The notes beneath the pieces are model-generated. The model saw nothing but the letters and a program-made list of their open reading frames with translations. It searched no databases and was not told the origin of the DNA. DNA of 64,000 nucleotides from Paramecium tetraurelia (taxonomy: Eukaryota), in contig CT868649.1 in assembly GCA_000165425.1 (NCBI GenBank), positions 372,001 to 436,000 of the forward strand, given 5' to 3'. This document shows positions 54,515-64,000 of the stretch, in pieces. The translations under genes and the position numbers were made by a program. The first letter of the stretch is position 1. Every line of letters begins with the position of its first letter.

Positions 54515-56707
54515 TCACAGTTTTTCTTATTCTAATTATCTTTCATCCTATTCAAGTTCTTCAAGTTTCCGCTTTAATTATGTCACAGTATTTATCATAA
54601 AATCAAAAGAGACTTTTGATTAATCTAAAGTAGATCTTGATGATTTTGATTACATAGATTTATTTGTAGACATATTTAAGCCTTACTTATTAAGATATAT
54701 CTACAATAATAATAGATTATACTCTTTAAGTACTTGGAATCTTTATTTTCATTTGATTTATCTGACTCGAAGATTACCTTTATAATTAAAAATATTTATT
54801 TGATAAAGTTGTACTAGGAATCACATTTTATGGAAGTTATTAATTAGATTAATCAGATTATTTGGATTGATGAGTTTATTGTAATTTTTTTGTTGTTGAA
54901 TCAGATGGTTATGAAAGCTTTTGAGGAGTTTGTTCGAATTATTTGGTCCCAATTTCTTAATTTGTTATATTTTAAGATTTTCTAGACAACCTTTTTTATT
55001 TTTCCAATGGTAATTCCGAGATGGATGGTAGATTAGGTAGTTGATTAAAGGTTGTTCTATTGACGTTCAAATTTTTAGTAGATAAAAGTAGTTTTTCTTT
55101 TTCATTCTCTTCTTTTGCATTGACTATCTTTCTTAATTTTTAAGACATGATCTCTCTAAAATTGATAAACTAAATTGTTACGCTTTTCTTTCAAACAAGG
55201 TTTATTCACAACATTAGGTATATTGTAAAAAACAATCCAGGCAAACTTAGGTTGTTAAATCTTTCCAACTTTAATTGTGTTGTAATTATTAATATTTTTC
55301 TTCATTAATTTTACCCCAAACTTTGAGAATTAATGGAGGAATATGATTAAAATTGAATTTTTAATCTTCTTATTCATCATTTAATAATTAGACGAGTTCT
55401 TTAATTTATGTATACAATTCATCTTCTGTTAATTTATTTTGGCAGATTTTCTTTTTCTCTATTAAAATATCAGCCGGTTAATTATTATTTTAATATTCAT
55501 TTTAAATTTCAAATTCTAAATTTAAAACTAACTCTTACCCTCATTAAGATTTTATTTTTGTCTCATTTTAATGTTTCTATTATAAGTCACTTTAGGAATC
55601 TATAAATCTTATTTCTATTTAATCTTTTCTAATTCTTCTGGTAATCTAGTAAAGTCTTTCTTTACTAAATTCTTATAATTTAAAATTTATACTTATTTAA
55701 AACTTTCAATGATAAACTGCAATTTCAATTAATATAGTTAATGAGAAAATCTATCGCAATTACTACAGATATTTTTAAATTGATAAAGAAGAGATTGCAT
55801 TTCCCCTTGATTATTTATTTTGATAACAGTCTAAGCCTAATCTTTTGCAAAGGAAACTGGCTCTTAGTCTTTCCTTAAAACCCTAAAAATAGGAGAAAGC
55901 ACTCTTGGTTGTTGCACAATATCATTGAACTTATCCTTCACTTTAATATTAGTACAAAAAAGCAACCATATTCTATTTTCATAATCAACTTTAAAATATA
56001 AGACCATTCTTATTATTTAAATGTTCCCTCCTGATACTTCTAAAATGTGTTTCACAATATTCACACATAACTACTCTAAATCTGCACTTAATAAAGGAGA
56101 ATTGATTGAATCTGCTTATATCAAATATTCTGGTCCATCAAACGTAGCAACTCTTTCAACTTAAGTCTTCTTCATGTCATTCATTTTATTGATATTTGTT
56201 TTCCTCATGACTAAGCAAAATTAAGGAGACCATGTTACCCTAATCATAGAGTTTTAATCATTTTTTGGATAAATAAACCTCATAAATAAGGGATTAATAC
56301 TTTTATAGTACTAAATTTAAGTCCTTTTCTCTCTAATGAAGAAATATTTTAAAACTCTCATAATCTAAATACTCAAATGTAATTATCTCTTATTATTTGT
56401 TTTGCATCTGTTGCATAGAATATTATTATTATACCTGACTAGTTATTAATTAGGCTGCTGTATTATCTTATTTAAATGAACTTTCAACTTGATCTATGAA
56501 TACTCTCTCTTTAGTCTTCCTTATTACTTAACCATCCTAGACAGTGAAATATCCTTAAAATTTTAAATAGTAGTTACGAAAGTATGGTTGGGCCCATCTA
56601 TAAATTACTGAATCTGCTACAAATATTCCATCACAGCTATGCCCAGTTTTAGGGTTTTTTTTCCATATATGAAAGAACAACCACTCTGTACAAGTCCCTA
56701 ATTTCAT
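54515..56707 (-). CDS. Uncharacterised protein with a structured N-terminal domain and split CxxC...CxxC motif
   Basis: MKLGTCTEWLFFHIWKKNP...VADSVIYRWAQP..YFTVQDG; IRVTWSPQFCLV; RVATFDGPEYL; ICSNC ... HIPPLILKVW...VCLDCFLQY; several tiny introns. Confidence 0.72.
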
Positions 56708-56737
56708 TAATTTGTTTAATTAATTATTTTTTTTAAG

Positions 56738-57778
<1,041 letters not shown>

Positions 57779-57827
57779 AAAAATTAGAACTGATATATAT
57801 AAATTATAATGTTAAATCAAATAAAAT

Positions 57828-60800
57828 TCAAAATTACTTATTTATTTACTTTAAAAGATCTTCCATAGCTTGATTATGAGTTGCTAAGCCTTATTTGTAA
57901 TCATTACAAAGATTTTTAACAAGCTAAATAATATTTTAGATATGTACCTAAAACACATCATTAAATTATTATCCATCTTCTTCTTGCACTTCATTTATTT
58001 AAAGTTTTAATTTTAATAGTTTTTCAGTAATGTCTTAAATTATTACATACAATAAATACCTGTAAGCACTTTTTCAATGTTTGAAACAGATTCTATATAT
58101 TTGTCCACTTCTTATTATAATTGATTATCTAGTTCATCAAGTTTTTAAACTAAACCTTATATTTATTCATCATCATTTTCATTGCCTCCCTTTTTCTTTT
58201 TAAGTTTATTTAAATCCTCTTGATTTTTGGCTATCTATTTTTCTAAATCTGATCTTCTTTTATCACTTTATGTAGATTCTTTTTCTAAATTATCAAGTAT
58301 TGGTTTTTATTCTTAAATAAACTTTCTTAATTTATCAATTTCTCCCTTGATATCATCTTTTTTCAATTACTGATTTTCCTTCTATAATTGATCTATTTAT
58401 TTTTATTTTTCTTTAATATCATCCTCTTATTATTTAGCTTATTCTTTGAGCTTCTATACTTGAGCATCAAGAGAATTGCATTCATCATCTAAATCCTTAT
58501 TTTCTTTCTCTTTCTATTTCAGTTGACTATTAGCTTTATCCAAATCTTTTTTTGCTTGACTTTATGCTTAAATGGCATTTTTAGCATCTTATTCGGCTTT
58601 TTATATTTTATTTTTAACTGCTTCTGGATCTAATTAAGCAATTTATTTTTCTGCTTAAGCTAATTTGCTTTAGGTATCTTTTAATTGCTTTTTCAAATCA
58701 TTCAAGTTTTACAATTCTTATTTTAGTTTTTCAGCTTCATTAACAGCTGCTTATCTCTATTAATCTAATTAATCACATTCTGCATCCAAATCTTTTACTT
58801 ATTTTTCTAAGTCCTTTCTTTATTAATCCTTATCTTTTTAGTCCTTTTGTTCTTTTTATTTCTACTCTTTCAACTTATTTAATTCATTTTACGCTTTAGT
58901 TAATTAATCTTCTTTTTATTTTAATTGTTATTAGGCCTTATTTAATTCATCATTGAGTCTTTTAATTTCTGAGTTTTCTTGTTATTCTTTTATTTTTTAT
59001 TACAGTTTTGCATCTAGATCATCACATTCCTTATTGAGATTATTAACTTCATTTTATAGATTTTTCTTCTCTTTTTCTTGTTCTTTAATTTAATCCTTCA
59101 ACTATTTAATCTCATTTTAAGCATCCTATAATTAATTTTTCAATTAATCTTAAGTCTTATTCTACTTTTACTCAGTATTGTTAATTTAATCTTATAATTT
59201 TTAGTTTTGTTTTTTCGATTCATTTAATTATTCATCTAAATCATTATTATCTCATCGTAATTATTCATTTTCTTATTGTTTACTTTAATTGTCTTACTTT
59301 TGTTTTTCTAAATTCTCTTATAATTCTTAAATATCTTTAGCTTGTTAATCTATTTATTTCTATTTTTAGTTAATTTCTTTGTTTAATTAATTAATTGAAT
59401 CATTTAATTAATTAATTTCTTTTTATAATTCTTTATTTTCTTGTTCATATTCATCCAAATCCTTATTCAATTACTCTGCATCATTGTGTTTATCGCCTAG
59501 TTCTTTTTGGGCTTTGGCTAAATCCTTTTATTATTGTAAAGCCTTTTCTTCTGCTTAATTATACTTTTGATGTAAATTATTATTATCTTAGATTAAACTT
59601 TATTTTTCTTTATTCAAATCTTTGATTTCTTTTTCAAGATCTTTAATTTAATTCTATTAATCTTTAACCTTTTATTCTAACTCAGCAATTTTTTCATCTA
59701 ATTGATCCAACTCTTGATTGGCATCATTAATCTATTTTGCCTATTCATCATTTTTATCCTTCAATGTCTTATTATTTTTTTCCAAGGTAGCAGTTTTCTT
59801 AAGTTCTGCATCCAACTTCCTCTGAACATCTTTAACTTCTCTATCTTTCTTATTATCAGCATCTTTAAGTTCTTTTTGTAATTATGATATTTATTTATTC
59901 TATGTCTCCAGTTAATTAGCTTTATTAGAAATGTCCTTCTCAAGTTAATCTATAGTTTGATCTTTTTCATCTTCAGTTGCTTTAGCATTATTTACCAATT
60001 CTTTGATTTGTTTTTCATATTAATTCATTTGATCTTACAATTACTTTTCTAGCTCTTATATATATTAAGCCAATTGTTTAATTTTGGCTTGAGCATCATT
60101 AAATTGTCCTTCATAGTTTTATACTCTTTACAAATCTTCAGCAAAGAATTACAATTGATCTTTGAGGGAATCTATTTCTGCCTGCTTCTCTTAAAGTAGT
60201 TTATAATATTGGTCATTCTATGTAACAATAACTTAGTTATCGTGCTACATTTCTGCCAATTTAGCAAGGGTGTCATTGATGATTTCTTATTATCTATTAA
60301 TTTCTCCATCTTTTAATTTGATGATCTTTTCTTTGCCTACTATAAATCTTTCTCGATCATTAACAGAATTTCTCAAATATTAAGCTTCCTTCTATAGTGT
60401 ACTAATTTAGTTAGCTTGATTCAAAGTATTTCTTTGTTCTATTTCCAACATCTATCCTAAACTTTGTAGTTGTTCATCCATAACTTACTTACTAAGATAT
60501 GCGTCATCCAACTTGGTTTACAAAATTTACAATTCGTTTTTTAGATTGGCATTTTCTGCTAATGCCAATTACAATTCTCCATTCCTGGATCTTGATTTTA
60601 CAATTTCATCATTGGCATTTTAAGATTTCAGTTCTGCAATCTCTTTGTCTTTGCATATAACAACGGATTTGAGATATTCAGCCTAGTCTTGAGTTTCCTT
60701 CAAGAGTTCTGAATATTCGTAATTTTCTTCTTTGAGAAGATTGATTTCGGACTCGTATGTCTCCTTCATTTTTTCAGCTTCTTGCTGAAGCCTTTCAATT

Positions 60801-60922
60801 TCGTCGCTTGGATTAACTTTTAACTTCAATGCTCTTATTTCATTATCCTTCATCATCAAACTTAGTTTGAGCCTGGATAACTCATCTGATTGTTTTTCTG
60901 GTTCTGGAGATTAATTACTCAT
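57828..60922 (-). CDS. About 1000-aa coiled-coil protein with internal LDxECDxLD-type repeats
   Basis: Continuous heptad pattern from MSNQSPEPEKQSDELSRLKLSL; repeats LNQECDDLDAK, LDAECDQLDQ, LDDECNSLDAQ. Confidence 0.8.
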
Positions 60923-60947
60923 TTTTATTAATAAAGTTTATTTATAT

Positions 60948-62505
60948 ATGACTGAGTCTTAGTGTTAAATTTGCATTTAATTTGAAGCCGAAGATATTTG
61001 TATCCTCTCTGAAATGCTAAGTTAAATTACCTCTCCAATTTCAGGTATGAAATCATATGTAAATAGACCATAAAATACCAATTCAAATGTTTCCTTACAT
61101 TTTTAAAAGTTTAAAGTTTCGTAAATGTCTTGCTCAAATATTCGATACTAAATACCTTGAGATATGTGAAAAGTGCTCGCATAATAGACTCCAACAAGTC
61201 TTCTTGCCATTATTTTCATCTTCTGTTACTGAATACAATGAAGCTCAAATCACATTACAAATAGAAGAAGGATTAGACAAATTATATGAATCTATCCAAG
61301 AGAAATAATAAAAACTTAAGTAATCTAAGGAATAATTCGATAAATTGGCCTCTCAACTATTTAACTGTGAAGATGATGTTGAAGAGAGCAATTCCTTAGG
61401 AGAGGAAAGTAGTAGTAATGAAGAAATCAGTAAAAAATATTTTATTTAAAGTAAAAGAAAAAAATGATGATGACGAGCAACAACCTATAATGCAGTTTAA
61501 CAAAAATTCTAATAAAAATAAATTCTAAAAGAGATCAATAGACATTCTTAAAAAGTGGTTTTTGGATCATCTCGATAATCCCTATCCAGATAATACTGAA
61601 AAACAGAGGCTCTCTAAAATAACTGGTATGCATGTTAGATAAGTATAACTGTATAATGATAGTTTTAGATTTAAAATTGGTTTACAAACTCAAGAAAAAG
61701 ATATTTGGAACCTTTAAAAAAAAAATTCGAGCATGGATTGATGAAAGAAAGTGATAGTCAAGAGGAGGATTCTTCAAAAGAATAGAAAAAAGCATTAAAA
61801 CTAACTTAATAGCAACCGCCATAATAATAATAAATTATATAGCCTTAATAATTAAATATACCACCACAATAAATACAATAATAATAATAATTTTAATAAC
61901 AACAACAATTGTAATAATAATAACTTCTTTAATAATAATTTCAAATGCAAATACCCCTTTAAAAGAAGGTGAAAATGGAAGAAGGCTGCCAAAATAAAAT
62001 ATCTGATGCTAGCTATATTAAATAAGAGGCCAAAACTGGATCATTTCCAACTGATCTTCCTTAATTTTAATAACCTAATCAATTTCAATAATTCTAATAG
62101 ATGTAACAACTAGCTTAGTTATAATAATTATAATGGCTTAATCCTCTAAATTAATTAAATCCACTTTAATTTTAACTTCCTACCTAATTTTTATCTCAAT
62201 ATTATAACTTTTAAGATCAATCAAAAGCTCCTCCTCCTATCAATGGATTATCTTAAATACATTAAGTTCCAATATTTCCATTATTACCCTAATTACAATA
62301 GGCGGGATTTTAATCATTTTTATAGTAAGGTCCAGGATAGCAGATGTAATAATAAGTGTAAATTCCAAATATCCAATCTTAAATACCGAATCTGTAAGCA
62401 CTTTAAGCAGGGTTTTAATAATTCAGTGGATAACATTAAAATTCTTAAAATGGAGTAATCTACCCAATGTATTAGTAATAAATGCAAAATGAATAAAAAA
62501 AATGA
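60948..62505 (+). CDS. TALE-class homeodomain transcription factor with Q/P-rich C-terminus
   Basis: KFQKRSIDILKKWFLDHLDNPYPDNTEKQRLSKITGMHVRQ|IQNWFTNSRKR (three-residue loop extension plus PYP); intron near 61642-61668. Confidence 0.9.
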
Positions 62506-62998
62506 TATATATATATATTGCAAAAATTTATTTTATAATAAATCAATATCCTCTTTAAAACCTTTGATCAAATTAGATTGGAGTATCAATTAAATTTCAT
62601 TGTCCTATTAGACATAAATAATATTTTTTCCAATATCGCGATTATAAAATCAACTTTGTATTTTGGTTAATCTAAATTTACTATTATTTTTAAATTTTAA
62701 GTTCATTATCTAATATAGCCTTAAATATCTATTACTACTTGATTTAGCTCTTTCAGACAATCATTAAGCTGTTGCTCCAATTAGAATTATTTCAAATTTT
62801 CTTAATAAACATAACAATCTAAAATTAATTTAGAATATATATGTATCTATAAATTGATGAAGATATACAACAAAAAATTGCACTAGAAATCTAAGCCATT
62901 CTCAAAGTGGCTAATTAAAAAAATATATTATATAAAATGATCTCTTTATTTAAACCAAAATAAAGAAATAAAAAAATTCTCAAAATTGAATCAAAATT

Positions 62999-64000
62999 TC
63001 AAAGGAATAAATTTTGCTTTAGTTCTTCCCTTTCAATGTAAGATTCGTTAAACTATTGTTATATGCTCTCATTTACATAGCTTTGAAGCTAACTATATTT
63101 AAGACTGCTACTCATTCTTCTTTATTTATTAAATGCAGCAGGTGTATAATAATAATCATCACTAGAATAAAATGAAGTTATACTTTTCATATTTCTAAGG
63201 TGTGTGTGTCCATTATAAAAAGTTTCTCTTTATTTGAATTATTATTTTCTTTCTATTATTTCTTGAACAGTAGATACTTTTTATGCATTCTATTTCTTCT
63301 AGGATGCTTAATAATAGTTCTATTTCTCATATCATTCTATGAGAATATTAAATTATTATCTACATATTATTAGATTCTAATGGCTGTGCTCTCTCTACTT
63401 TATTAGATTGGTTATTTTTTAGGTTCTTCATCTTCGTCTTCGGAATCTGTGAGTAGACTTACATAGGTTTTATTGAGAAAGATGATTTCTAAAGCTTTTC
63501 TTTCAAACTCAACCTCAAATTGATCAAAGTAAGAAGGCCTTCCTTCATAAAATTAAATGATACAACCCTTTTTAGAGAAACTATTATTTTATTCCTAATA
63601 ATTTATCTGTGAATTCCGGGATTCTTTTTTTCATTCCAGAATTCCAATGATTCTTTATGGCGTTGTCTGTTCTTCCTTCTAGATGCTTAGCAATTTCTGC
63701 CCATTTATTGCTTATTGCTTTATGATACAAGAAAAGGAGCCACTCCTCACTGGAATCCCATGGATTCTTTTTAATTAAAGGATTCAAATGATTATGCCAT
63801 CTAAGACCATTAATAAAATTCAATACCTCTCTCTACATTATTTTCCAATCCTTCCTGGTAATTTGGAAGCTATAAAAGTCCATTTATGAGGACCATACTA
63901 CTCTACCAATTACATAACTTGAGTGTCTTCATAATCAGTCCAAGGTTCTAAAGATAATAGAAATTGATACTTTTTTTTGTTTTCTCTATTTTCTTTCTCA
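62999..64000 (-). CDS. c-Myb-like (R2R3 or 3R) transcription factor, 5' end outside the window
   Basis: PWTDYEDTQVMQLVEQYGPHKWTFIASKLPGRIGKQCRERWHNHLNPLIKKNPWDSSEEW...NKWAEIAKHLEGRTDNAIKNHWNS; 3' end approximate. Confidence 0.92.

Noticed and set aside
54363..54870. Extension of the plus-strand kinase to a TGA at 54868
   Set aside because: Most of this region reads better as the 3' end of the minus-strand gene (intron plus coiled coil ending at 54515), so no long gene overlap is supported.

Overview
AT-rich, very gene-dense eukaryotic DNA that reads as a ciliate macronuclear chromosome, most likely Paramecium. TAA/TAG are sense codons (Gln), TGA is the only stop, and genes are split by 20-30 nt GT..AG introns, so the supplied standard-code ORF track is mostly fragments or antisense artefacts. 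Hand translation with the ciliate code gives about 37 protein-coding genes. They include an HTH protein, a membrane RING-H2 ligase, a class II-like eIF4E, a GBP-family GTPase, several kinases (UBL-ankyrin-PH-AGC, NEK, CDPK, two others and a pseudokinase), two Myb proteins, a PMCA-type Ca2+-ATPase, a degenerate histidine-kinase-like membrane protein, EMC3, mitochondrial bL17, a CTD-phosphatase-like gene spanning a 150-N gap, SAS-4/CPAP, RabGGTase alpha, BUD23 and a TALE homeobox gene. The most interesting signals are a 161-aa stand-alone voltage-sensor-like protein, a SAS-4 with an amplified FD(E/D)xPI repeat before its tubulin-binding motif, the UBL-ANK-PH-kinase architecture, the pseudo-histidine kinase, an AAA-TGA +1 frame break, and divergent genes with ATGs only 25-46 nt apart. 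No RNA genes, CRISPR arrays, telomeres or intact transposons were seen. All gene models are manual and no searches were run.
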